Part shown: positions 17,928 to 25,819 of the stretch, piece by piece
Layout of the letters: each line of letters opens with the position of its first letter
Numbering within the stretch: the first letter of the stretch is position 1
From: a virus
Strand: one strand, 5' to 3'
Virus genome (UHGV): UHGV-1965195
Length of the DNA stretch: 46,450 nucleotides
Program-made: the position numbers and the translations under genes
Notes under the pieces: generated by a model
Databases searched by the model: none
Seen by the model: only the letters and a program-made list of their open reading frames with translations
Told to the model about the DNA's origin: nothing

Positions 17928-18466
17928 AGTTCAATCCCCCATTTTTGTCTAAGCTCTTCTTTTTCATCTGGGGTCAAAAGGTCTGCATCTGGTATTCCAA
18001 CCTCTCTGCAATCTTCCAACACGCCTTTGATGAGTCTGCTCATTTCCTTGGTGTTATACTTGCTTGACCCTTTGTAGCATTGCAGAGTGTGTAATGTTTC
18101 CGTTCTCCCTTTTAGGTCTTTTACTTCCTGTGCTCCACGATCTATCACAATCCGGAACACTGACTGCGCCAAATAGATGTCTTTTTCCCGGAGCGGTATG
18201 TACTCGAAAGCGCCGTGGGATTTTAATTCGTTTAGGTACGCTTGCCATCTGGTAATATCCAGCTTGTCTGCTAATTTATCCAGCAACACCCACAAATAAG
18301 AGTTTGCATCAAGGCTTCTCTTTGCTCTGTACGGCTTTATTTCAAGTGTTAATTTTTTATAATCTTTCAGTTCATCATAGGCTTGTCGGAAGTCCTCTTC
18401 GGATTCGAATAGGATGGTGTGGCAATCTATCAAACGACCTTTTAATCTTCCTGTAAATTTCATCAA
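17924..18466 (-). CDS. ninB: NinB/Orf-family recombination mediator
   Basis: Motif RSLDANSYLWVLLDKL parallels the lambda NinB RSLDQNRKLWACL motif. 180 aa. Confidence 0.65.
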   Translation of the reverse strand: MMKFTGRLKGRLIDCHTILFESEEDFRQAYDELKDYKKLTLEIKPYRAKRSLDANSYLWVLLDKLADKLDITRWQAYLNELKSHGAFEYIPLREKDIYLAQSVFRIVIDRGAQEVKDLKGRTETLHTLQCYKGSSKYNTKEMSRLIKGVLEDCREVGIPDADLLTPDEKEELRQKWGIEL

Positions 18467-19083
18467 TCATCACCGTATTTATTTTTTATTGTGCTTAGCA
18501 TTGTTGCAGCTTCTATCTCGGTAAGTGTCTGCTCTGTCCTATTGTTTTCTCTCAACCATCGTTCAAGATTGATACCGTGAGATACGCATAAATTCTTAAG
18601 TGTCTTGATTTTCGCTTCAGACGCTCTGTTTTCTCCTGTTTCTGGTATTTGAGCATACATCTTGTTATATTCCTCTTTAAGCCACAAATCGAAACCTAAG
18701 CCGGTATGTATTGCCACGCACTTTACAAATGCCCTACACATGCTGTTCCAGACTCTTTGCTGGCTCATAGAGTTGTCTTTTACAGGGTTCGCCCCATTCA
18801 TCACAGGAGTTTGCATCTCGTACACCTGATCATCTATCACAACACGGATTCTGGTCTCGTAACATCTATTTTCAACTCCGTTTTTATCTTTAAACACCGC
18901 TTTTGTCATCCTCAGGCTACTTCCTGTTTCTGGGTCTGGAATCGGAGTAAAATAAACATTTTCAGCCCCATTTTTATGTAATAAATCAATGCACATTGCC
19001 CAGTTTAAATAGTCCATACCATCTCTTTTTTCGAGGTATGGTTTTACATCTACTTTCCTCATTTCTTCATAGCTTTTAAGCAT
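18463..19083 (-). CDS. DUF1071-like phage protein, putative single-strand annealing / recombination protein
   Basis: N-terminus KVDVKPYLEKRDGMDYLNWAMCIDLL resembles the DUF1071 N-terminal signature (vdv..y.ek..gl.YLsWa) as I recall it. Heads the NinB-HNH-RusA block. Confidence 0.45.
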   Translation of the reverse strand: MLKSYEEMRKVDVKPYLEKRDGMDYLNWAMCIDLLHKNGAENVYFTPIPDPETGSSLRMTKAVFKDKNGVENRCYETRIRVVIDDQVYEMQTPVMNGANPVKDNSMSQQRVWNSMCRAFVKCVAIHTGLGFDLWLKEEYNKMYAQIPETGENRASEAKIKTLKNLCVSHGINLERWLRENNRTEQTLTEIEAATMLSTIKNKYGDD

Positions 19084-19261
19084 AGGTTTCCTCGCTTTCT
19101 TCCTTTACCCAATTCCCGGAGTAAAACCATTCCACCAGCATTTCTTTAAACTCTTCCTGGTCATCCGGTGTTCCATGCAAGCATCTTTCCAGTGCGTAAT
19201 CAAATGCTTGGTCATCCGTTACAACCATGTCTTTTTCCGGTCCGATACCTACATACATCAT
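19076..19261 (-). CDS. Hypothetical acidic protein
   Basis: 61-aa ORF coupled to its neighbours. Confidence 0.3.
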   Translation of the reverse strand: MMYVGIGPEKDMVVTDDQAFDYALERCLHGTPDDQEEFKEMLVEWFYSGNWVKEESEETYA

Positions 19262-19521
19262 TCGTCCTCCGTCTTGTCCACTGCCATTTCCAGCAATACC
19301 CCAACTAAAATGATTGCATTATCCAGCTCCGCATCTGTTTCGATACGCTCATGCAAATCAAAATCACCAGACGAGAATCCGTTCTCACATGCATACAAAG
19401 TTATTCTATGTCCATAATTCGAAAAGTCGATTCCTACGTACGGGAATCCGTCTACACCCTTTCCGCGTTCATGAATCTCAAGCATTAAGTCTAAAAGTTC
19501 ATGTATTTTCTTTCTATTCAT
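19258..19521 (-). CDS. Hypothetical protein
   Basis: 87-aa acidic ORF. Confidence 0.35.
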   Translation of the reverse strand: MNRKKIHELLDLMLEIHERGKGVDGFPYVGIDFSNYGHRITLYACENGFSSGDFDLHERIETDAELDNAIILVGVLLEMAVDKTEDE

Positions 19522-19532
19522 TGCTTATCCTC

Positions 19533-20099
19533 CTACTCATCCTTGGACAATCTAAACTCCATCAAATCTGCCAGCATCAAATATTCCTTTGCCAGTCGGC
19601 TGTCTCCGTGTCGTTCTTTCACCTTTTCTCTAAATTCATTAAGTGTTCCATAAAAACATCCACATCTCACGCTGATTCCGCCGTCTTTCGTGCGGAAAAA
19701 TGTTGTCGTCCTATTTTCCGATCCGAAGCAGCTTGTAGCAGAATAATCGCGGCAGTTTTGAACCCAAGCGTCACCGGATACCCAAGCGTCACCGGATACC
19801 TGAGCGTCACCGGATACCCAAGCGTCACCGGATACCTGAGCGTCACCGGATACCCAAGCGTTACCGGATACCCAAGCGTCACCGGATACCTGAGCGTCAC
19901 CGGATACCCAAGCGTTACCGGATACCCAAGCGTTACCGGATACCCAAGCGTCACCGTACTGGTCAAGATTATTCTCCCTTTCTATAAATCCACCCAATTC
20001 TCCCTCTGCTACATCACCAAACGACACAAGAGCCTTGATTCTAAAGAGCTTCTTCCCTAAAAAAGTTACAAATTCACTGGTTAATTCAAATTTTTTCAT
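19533..20099 (-). CDS. Hexapeptide-repeat (left-handed beta-helix-like) protein with about 11 tandem [D/N]-A-[W/Q]-V-S-G units
   Basis: 188 aa. Residues about 48 to 112 are DAWVSG NAWVSG NAWVSG DAQVSG DAWVSG ... Flanked by non-repetitive N- and C-terminal regions, the latter with a CGC motif. Confidence 0.6.
   Translation of the reverse strand: MKKFELTSEFVTFLGKKLFRIKALVSFGDVAEGELGGFIERENNLDQYGDAWVSGNAWVSGNAWVSGDAQVSGDAWVSGNAWVSGDAQVSGDAWVSGDAQVSGDAWVSGDAWVQNCRDYSATSCFGSENRTTTFFRTKDGGISVRCGCFYGTLNEFREKVKERHGDSRLAKEYLMLADLMEFRLSKDE
19763..19957. repeat. Near-perfect 18-bp tandem repeat array (about 10.8 units) inside the hexapeptide-repeat CDS
   Basis: Plus-strand unit cccaagcgtcaccggata with only single-base variants (cctgagcgtcaccggata, cccaagcgttaccggata). 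Confidence 0.9.
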
Positions 20100-20184
20100 T
20101 TACATTTCTCTCCTTTTCGTCTACAATTTAACTGATTTAATTTCTTGAGTGCTCGAGGGTTGCCGCCCTGTGACAGCACTCTTT

Positions 20185-20373
20185 TTAATACCCAAACACC
20201 AGATACCACCCAAGCATTGTCAGTCCGAACCCGACCACCGCCACACCGACTCTGATCCAGTAAGGCTTGTCCTCTTCTTCCGGCAGATCTACCGATACGG
20301 AGCGGATGTCCCAGCTGTTTAAAGTGTTTGGTTGCTGAGTGGTCTGGCAGTGGTAGGTTCCTTTAATGGTCAC
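20185..20373 (-). CDS. Small membrane protein
   Basis: 62 aa. C-terminal hydrophobic helix VGVAVVGFGLTMLGWYLVFGY. GTG start overlapping the upstream TGA. Confidence 0.35.
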   Translation of the reverse strand: MTIKGTYHCQTTQQPNTLNSWDIRSVSVDLPEEEDKPYWIRVGVAVVGFGLTMLGWYLVFGY

Positions 20374-20549
20374 GGCTCCACCTCCTTTAATTTCACAGAT
20401 TTCTTCCCACGCTCTTCCAATCTGACACGGTAGTTTGTAAGATATGAGATCGCGCCTTGTTTCTGGGTTTCGGTATCACCGTCTATCCTCTCTGTGGATT
20501 CCAGAGTTTGAATAAATCTCTCGATCTGCTTAACTGTCAACCTCTTCAT
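20370..20549 (-). CDS. Small hypothetical protein (59 aa, MKRLTVKQIERFIQTLESTERIDGDTETQKQGAISYLTNYRVRLEERGKKSVKLKEVEP)
   Basis: Below the ORF-track cutoff. ATGA coupling to the upstream ORF and GTGA coupling to the downstream ORF. Confidence 0.35.
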   Translation of the reverse strand: MKRLTVKQIERFIQTLESTERIDGDTETQKQGAISYLTNYRVRLEERGKKSVKLKEVEP

Positions 20550-20779
20550 CAGATCACCCCTGTCTGCAACTTCATTGCCCGCTCCGCGGCTCTCATTTCT
20601 TTCTGGATAAATTTCTCCAGTTCAGATGTCCGGTACATTATGGCACTGTGCTTGTTGGCTGGATTTAATAAAAACGCTACCTGCTGCCCCGGTGTATTCC
20701 AGACTCTTCTTAAAAATTCTGGTGGGTATCCTTGCTTGATAAGTTCCTTTCTGCTCATAATTTCTTTTGGATACGTCAA
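20549..20779 (-). CDS. Hypothetical protein
   Basis: 76-aa ORF. Possible TTG start preceded by AAGGAGGAG. Preferred over the overlapping arginine-rich alternative frame 20622..20843. Confidence 0.35.
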   Translation of the reverse strand: MTYPKEIMSRKELIKQGYPPEFLRRVWNTPGQQVAFLLNPANKHSAIMYRTSELEKFIQKEMRAAERAMKLQTGVI

Positions 20780-20931
20780 TTGTCTTTCTCCTCCTTTTCT
20801 TCTTCCTTTTTCTGGTTCTTCTGCGAAGCCATAGCCTCCGCAAAGCCGAGAAAATATCCTTTATTCATATCGGACATATCTGGCAGTGCTTGCGCCACTT
20901 TTCTGATGATTTCTTTCTCTTTCTCGCTCAT
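20776..20931 (-). CDS. Small acidic protein (51 aa, MSEKEKEIIRKVAQALPDMSDMNKGYFLGFAEAMASQKNQKKEEEKEEKDN)
   Basis: GGAGGGTACAC precedes the ATG. First gene downstream of the antirepressor. Confidence 0.35.
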   Translation of the reverse strand: MSEKEKEIIRKVAQALPDMSDMNKGYFLGFAEAMASQKNQKKEEEKEEKDN

Positions 20932-20942
20932 GTGTACCCTCC

Positions 20943-21695
20943 TTATGCTACGTTCTGCTCAATTACTGGATAGATGCCGTTTTTCTTAAGCTCCTCGTAT
21001 AAAAACAAGCGCCCTTTCTGTGTCCACTGCGTCTGCATTGTTACATCCGGATCTCCGTTGCTCCTTGTAATATCGATTGTTTTACTATGTACATAGCCGC
21101 AATTCTGATACTTGGAGTAGAGCACCCACTGTTTGTTGACTTTGTATTGGATTTTCATATCATTCAAAATCCGGTTAAATCGCACCGCAGACATTCCGTA
21201 GTCCTTGGCAATCTGCGTAGTCGCTACCAACGATTTTGACTCCAGAATATGGTCAACATAGTTCGCTTTTGGCGTCATTTCCTCGATTAGCTTCTGTTGC
21301 TCTACCACCTGTCCACCGAGGAATTTGCACCTGTCTTTTAAGCTGTCGATGGTCTTGCCTGCCATCTTTAAGGCTCTGGCCATTACCTGTTCCGGGGTAT
21401 TCCATGCTTTCTCGAGGTCAAGAAAATACTGGCGAATCTGTTTTCCTTCCGGCGTTCTTTGAATCATACAAATCTGCTTCGCCATATCAACGGAAAGGTT
21501 GTATTCGGTTGATGGACGTCCCCCAGTACTTTTAGACATTTTTGTCCAAAAGTCTTTTGACTCTTCAAAGCCGTAATCACACATACGGTCAATCCATTTC
21601 TTAAATGGTGTTTCAATGTTTAATTGTTCGTGTAAATCTTTTGCCGATACTGTCGGTTGTTCTGTTTCATAATTGATTTTGATTAACTCGTTCAA
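20943..21695 (-). CDS. Phage antirepressor (AntA-like N-terminal domain plus KilA-C-like C-terminal domain)
   Basis: N-terminus LIKINYETEQPTVSAKDLHEQLNIETPFKKWIDRMCDYGF is AntA/AntB-type. The C-terminal ATTQIAKDYGMSAVRFNRIL region is KilAC-like. 250 aa. Confidence 0.6.
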   Translation of the reverse strand: MNELIKINYETEQPTVSAKDLHEQLNIETPFKKWIDRMCDYGFEESKDFWTKMSKSTGGRPSTEYNLSVDMAKQICMIQRTPEGKQIRQYFLDLEKAWNTPEQVMARALKMAGKTIDSLKDRCKFLGGQVVEQQKLIEEMTPKANYVDHILESKSLVATTQIAKDYGMSAVRFNRILNDMKIQYKVNKQWVLYSKYQNCGYVHSKTIDITRSNGDPDVTMQTQWTQKGRLFLYEELKKNGIYPVIEQNVA

Positions 21696-21743
21696 TACCT
21701 TTTACCTCCTATTTTTATTGCCGTCGTAACCTCCGTGGCGGGA

Positions 21744-21772
21744 TTGCTTTCTTTTCGTTTATCTCCTATACT
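21744..21772 (+). promoter_or_regulatory. Sigma-A type promoter (TTGCTT, 17-bp spacer, TATACT) driving the plus-strand small Cys-rich gene
   Basis: Near-consensus -35 and -10 boxes with a 17-bp spacer, about 40 nt upstream of GAAAGGAG and the ATG at 21822. Confidence 0.5.
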
Positions 21773-21821
21773 GTAAATACAGGGCACTGCCATGCCTGAG
21801 TATCACGAAAGGAGCGATTTT

Positions 21822-22049
21822 ATGAGACGTTGTAATTCGCCATTTAACGGCAATCGCTATGTGCTTAATAAAAACACTGGTGAAATCCATGATTTAGACC
21901 GCGAAACCTCGTGCTGCCGCATAAATGATATAAAGTCCGAACATATCTTTAATTGCAGTTCCTATGAGGAAGCTGTTGTTTTTTCTTCCATGCTTGACAT
22001 CAGAAGAAACGGATGCGCTCACTGCATGCCAGAGAAAAACAACGGATAA
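21822..22049 (+). CDS. Small Cys-rich orphan protein (75 aa), oriented opposite to the surrounding operon
   Basis: MRRCNSPFNGNRYVLNKNTGEIHDLDRETSCCRINDIKSEHIFNCSSYEEAVVFSSMLDIRRNGCAHCMPEKNNG. AAAGGAG 7 nt upstream of the ATG. Own promoter. Convergent with, and its 3' end overlapping, the neighbouring minus-strand gene. Confidence 0.5.
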   Translation: MRRCNSPFNGNRYVLNKNTGEIHDLDRETSCCRINDIKSEHIFNCSSYEEAVVFSSMLDIRRNGCAHCMPEKNNG

Positions 22050-22450
22050 CCATTAAGAGCTGCTTCTTTTAAATGAGGTAGCTCTTTTTCAGGCATCTCC
22101 TCTTCAAGAAGTTCTGCAAATGCTTCAGGAGTTTTTTTGACTTCGATCAAGCCAAATACCATATTAGAAAACTCTTTCTCTCTAGTAATGGATTTCAATA
22201 CATCGAATTTTTTTATCTTTCTATCCTTATTTTCTTCGTCAAGGCCTATAAACTCATCGATATATTTTTCGATACGTTCAACCCCCTGAATTTCTTCGCG
22301 CAACTCTTCTGGTTGTTCAAGAATTTTTTTTGCAGTATTCCTGATTAAATTCTCCGTATTTTCCTTCTGAATTTTGATGTCATCTTCACACTTTTTGATG
22401 CGATACAGCAAGCAATCCCATTTTCGTCTTGAAACCCACATCTTTCTCAC
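22019..22450 (-). CDS. Hypothetical protein
   Basis: 143-aa charged, helical ORF. Confidence 0.4.
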   Translation of the reverse strand: MRKMWVSRRKWDCLLYRIKKCEDDIKIQKENTENLIRNTAKKILEQPEELREEIQGVERIEKYIDEFIGLDEENKDRKIKKFDVLKSITREKEFSNMVFGLIEVKKTPEAFAELLEEEMPEKELPHLKEAALNGYPLFFSGMQ

Positions 22451-22471
22451 CTCGCTTTCTTTTTTCCCCCG

Positions 22472-23245
22472 TCATGCCGATAGGTCAGCAGTCATCACCA
22501 TTTCAAACAGTTCATTAAATGTATCACTGTAATACAACGGCTGCACTTCTTTCTGATTATGAGGACTGACTGCATTTTCACCGTATTTCAAACCTTTCTC
22601 TGTCAGTGATTTGAACTTTTTTACTCTTCCCTTACTTGACTGGCGTTCCTTTTCTTCCAAGATTCCAGCTGATAAAAGTTTCTTATTGAACTGTACCGCA
22701 CTGATTCCGAGATTGTTTTCTTTCAACAGTGCTGTGAGTGACTTCATTTCCCTATTGCCGTTAAACTCATAATTCGGTAAGAATCCTGTCGGAATATGGT
22801 AAGAATCATAGAACCCTTTCAGCATCAGCAACTTGCTTGCATCGTTCATTCTTAACATGCTTGCTACCACTTCCAGTGATTCCACCTGTTCTTTTAATGG
22901 AATGCCTACGTACTGCGTTCCTTTTTCAATGAAATCTTTCATCTTCTCAAATGCTTCGATATATGTAGCTGTGAAAATGACACCTTTCTTTCCGGTCATT
23001 TTGTTGGCGATCATGTCGCATCCTTTCTTTGTGCAGAGGTAACATGGTCTTACTTCTCCTTTTGAATCCGTGTAAGTTGATTCGATAAAGAAATCAACCA
23101 ATCCAAAATTGGATTCGTTCAAATGTTTGCAATACTCTCTTATATCTCTTAAGAGTTTTGCATGGTCTTTTCCTACCATCATTGCCACTTCTCTACTGTC
23201 GGTGAGTAGCTGACCGTTTTGCTCAAATACTGTTAAATTATTCAC
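22472..23245 (-). CDS. Rha-family phage regulatory protein / antirepressor
   Basis: N-terminus LTVFEQNGQLLTDSREVAMMVGKDHAKLLRDIREY is the Rha signature. 257 aa. Confidence 0.7.
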   Translation of the reverse strand: MNNLTVFEQNGQLLTDSREVAMMVGKDHAKLLRDIREYCKHLNESNFGLVDFFIESTYTDSKGEVRPCYLCTKKGCDMIANKMTGKKGVIFTATYIEAFEKMKDFIEKGTQYVGIPLKEQVESLEVVASMLRMNDASKLLMLKGFYDSYHIPTGFLPNYEFNGNREMKSLTALLKENNLGISAVQFNKKLLSAGILEEKERQSSKGRVKKFKSLTEKGLKYGENAVSPHNQKEVQPLYYSDTFNELFEMVMTADLSA

Positions 23246-23255
23246 TGTTTCTCTC

Positions 23256-23456
23256 CTACTTTAATAATTCATCAATGGTACATCCTAGCGCCTTTGCTAC
23301 TTTGGATAAGCTTCTTACTGTAGGACTAACTGTATTCCACTTATAAATGCTTCCGGTAGAAACGCCAGCCTGACTTTCTAATAAATTGATGGAAATTCCT
23401 TTTTCTGCCGCTCTCTTAGATACCTTGTCGAAAATATTATTTTCCGTATCAATCAC
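23256..23456 (-). CDS. Cro-like XRE-family HTH regulator
   Basis: 66 aa. HTH SINLLESQAGVSTGSIYKW. Divergent from the cI-like gene across the operator-rich region. GTG start. Confidence 0.65.
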   Translation of the reverse strand: MIDTENNIFDKVSKRAAEKGISINLLESQAGVSTGSIYKWNTVSPTVRSLSKVAKALGCTIDELLK

Positions 23457-23685
23457 TCCTTTCTTTTTGATTGAGTTCTGAAAATATCACAATTTTATAT
23501 TGACTAAGTTCTGAAAATATTCTATAATCAAGTTGTCAAGCAAAATTACAAAATAAATTCCAGCATTCTTATTATCGCAATTTTTTGCGATTTTTTCAGA
23601 ACCCTATAATCACATTATACGCGATAATTTCAGAATGTCAAGGACTATTTTGCGATTTTTTCAGAATTTTGAAAGGAGTCTACAT
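23457..23685. promoter_or_regulatory. Lysogeny genetic switch: divergent promoter region with operator repeat arrays
   Basis: Five copies of the TTCTGAAAAT/ATTTTCAGAA half-site at 23475-23487, 23508-23520, 23590-23602, 23626-23636 and 23655-23667. Palindrome ATCGCAA-tttt-TTGCGAT at 23574-23591 with further TGCGAT copies. Consensus promoter TTGACT-17-TATAAT at 23500-23528 overlapping an operator. Confidence 0.65.
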
Positions 23686-24108
23686 ATGACACTGAGAGAA
23701 CGCGTAAAACATCTGTGCAAAGAACATGGAATTTCAATGAATAAATTGGAAAACGAGCTTAATTTTGGAAAAGGGTACATAAGCAAATTAGGTTCAAGTC
23801 AACCAAATGTTAACAAGCTCCAGCAAATCGCTGATTACTTCAGCGTATCGTTGGATTATTTAATGTCTGGAGCATCTAATGGTGATAATCCGTCATCACT
23901 CACGGCGAAAGATGAGCGCGACATTGCAAAAGATATGGAAAACATCAGAAATAAGTTGAAAAACAATGAAGAAGGTCCTGCTTCTTATGATGGTCAAGCT
24001 ATTCCAGAAGAAGATATTGACTTGCTTCTTGGGCAAATCGAGCTGATGATGAGAAGGTTGAAACCGATTAACAAAGAAAAGTACAACCCTAACAAAAATA
24101 AAAAGTAG
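23686..24108 (+). CDS. cI-like XRE-family repressor
   Basis: Start at MTLRERVKHLCKEHGISMNKLENELNFGKGYISKL with GAAAGGAG upstream. N-terminal HTH. C-terminal region is a plausible ImmA target. Confidence 0.65.
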   Translation: MTLRERVKHLCKEHGISMNKLENELNFGKGYISKLGSSQPNVNKLQQIADYFSVSLDYLMSGASNGDNPSSLTAKDERDIAKDMENIRNKLKNNEEGPASYDGQAIPEEDIDLLLGQIELMMRRLKPINKEKYNPNKNKK

Positions 24109-24552
24109 GTGTATAAATTGAGAACAAACGATATTAAGCGTTTAGTTGAATACTACATAAAGAAATTTAATACAAGAAATCCTTTTAAACTTGCAAACTG
24201 TTTAAATGTCGAAGTTCAATTAGGACCTTTGGGAAGTCGAGCTGGATGTTATATGTTTCTTAAAAATCACAAGTGCATTTTTCTGAATGAAGATTTGGAA
24301 GAACATGAACTAAACCTTGTAATGGCTCATGAATTGGCACACTCTGTTCTACACAGAAAGGAAAATTGTTACTTTATCAGAAATAAGACTCTTCTATTAT
24401 CTTCTACCAATGAAATAGAAGCGAATATTTTTGCAGCAGAACTTCTAATACCAGATTCTTTAATTTATGAGAATCCGGGCATGACAAAAAGCCAAATTGC
24501 AAGACTAGCTGGATATGATGAAAAGATTATGGATTTTAAAAGTTTTAAATGA
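24109..24552 (+). CDS. immA: ImmA/IrrE-family metallopeptidase (repressor-cleaving anti-repressor protease)
   Basis: HEXXH motif MAHELAHSVLH. Immediately downstream of, and abutting, the repressor gene, which is the classic ImmR-ImmA arrangement. Confidence 0.7.
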   Translation: MYKLRTNDIKRLVEYYIKKFNTRNPFKLANCLNVEVQLGPLGSRAGCYMFLKNHKCIFLNEDLEEHELNLVMAHELAHSVLHRKENCYFIRNKTLLLSSTNEIEANIFAAELLIPDSLIYENPGMTKSQIARLAGYDEKIMDFKSFK

Positions 24553-24627
24553 TATAATCGCTTCGGCGTTTATATATAAATTGTGGGAAAAGTACAGGAG
24601 AGAAAAAGAAGGTGAATTAAGAAAGGA

Positions 24628-25659
24628 ATGGGATTTCGTTTCAGAAAAAGTTTTAAAATTGCTCCCGGTATAAAGTTTAATCTTAACAAGAATAGCCATA
24701 GCTTCACGTTTGGTGGAAAAGGAATTCACTACACTGTTAATTCTGATGGAAAACGGACAAAAAGCTTTGGAATTCCAGGGAGCGGACTGTATTACACAGA
24801 AACCAAAAACGGAAAAACTAAAGAAAACAAGGGGAAAACAATGAGTAAAACATCGAATAAAAGTGGTGGAGGATGTCTTAGCATTATTGCCTTGCTGATA
24901 ATGCTCTCTATTGCACTTGTAGTGTATTCTTTTTTATGGATACCAGCCATACCGGTATTGATATACTGTGTTGTATCCAAAAAATTCCGGCCATACAGGA
25001 TCAGGAATACTGCGATATGCTCGGTTGTGTTTGTAACATCTCTAATTATCTTCATATGGCTTGGATCTCCGTCTGAATTGAACTCTATATCTGCAGAGTG
25101 GGGGAAAAAAGAATTTAATATCGGAGATGTAACGGAGGTGAAAATTACTCCAAGCCCGTCGGACGCAAAAATCGAAAGTTTGGAATTATCCGAAAATAAT
25201 ATCGCAGATCTCGAATATAAGGACGGAAAAGCCGTCATTACATTTACGGGCTCTGGGAATGCATCACTATTTTTTACGGCGAATGGAGAAGTTAAAAGCA
25301 GTGCGAAAACTATTACCGTTATAGATCCGGAAGAAGAAGCGAGAATAAAAGCCGAGGAAGAAGAACGGATTAGGTTGGAACAGGAAGCTCAAGCAGCTGA
25401 ACAGGCGCGTATTGAGCAAGAACAGGCTGCGGCAGCGGCTGCTGAACAGGAAAGGATTGCACAAGAGCAAGCTGCAGCGCAAGCAGCACAAGAGCAGGCT
25501 GCACAGCAAAGCCAAGATGATCCCATCGTGTATATAACAAACACTGGGGCAAAGTATCATAGCGCTGGATGCAGAACTTTGAAATCTAAGATAGAAAAAC
25601 ATCTGTCTGAGGTACGCGGAGTTTATGAACCGTGCGGCATTTGCCATCCACCACAATAA
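24628..25659 (+). CDS. DUF4236-domain membrane protein with Ig-like domain, E/A/Q-rich coiled-coil linker and C-terminal Cys motif. Candidate superinfection-exclusion or moron protein.
   Basis: N-terminus MGFRFRKSFKIAPGIKFNLNKNSHSFTFGGKG is DUF4236-type. Three TM helices. EAQ-rich repeat region. C-terminus YITNTGAKYHSAGCRTLK...EPCGICHP. Sits between immA and int. Confidence 0.55.
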   Translation: MGFRFRKSFKIAPGIKFNLNKNSHSFTFGGKGIHYTVNSDGKRTKSFGIPGSGLYYTETKNGKTKENKGKTMSKTSNKSGGGCLSIIALLIMLSIALVVYSFLWIPAIPVLIYCVVSKKFRPYRIRNTAICSVVFVTSLIIFIWLGSPSELNSISAEWGKKEFNIGDVTEVKITPSPSDAKIESLELSENNIADLEYKDGKAVITFTGSGNASLFFTANGEVKSSAKTITVIDPEEEARIKAEEEERIRLEQEAQAAEQARIEQEQAAAAAAEQERIAQEQAAAQAAQEQAAQQSQDDPIVYITNTGAKYHSAGCRTLKSKIEKHLSEVRGVYEPCGICHPPQ

Positions 25660-25819
25660 AATAAAAACCGCCCCTGCGCCAACAGAGACGGTATACATAT
25701 CCGAAGATATGCGATTGAAATCCACGAATATTGTATCATCTTCGGAAACAGCTTGCAAGCGGAACGTTTGTTTTGCGCTGGCTGTTATTTTTATACTAAA
25801 ATTTAAGGAGATGATAAAA

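Noticed and set aside
19763-19957. Possible CRISPR array (regular short repeats)
   Set aside because: The 18-bp units are contiguous with no spacers and are in frame inside a CDS encoding hexapeptide repeats. This is a coding tandem repeat. Likewise the two 22-bp repeats at 43172/43279 are only two copies with no cas context.
20622-20843. 73-aa Arg/Lys-rich ORF overlapping 20549-20779 and 20776-20931
   Set aside because: Alternative frame of two better-supported coupled ORFs. Composition (RRRTRKRKKKRRRK) is typical of an off-frame translation of a Glu/Lys-rich gene.
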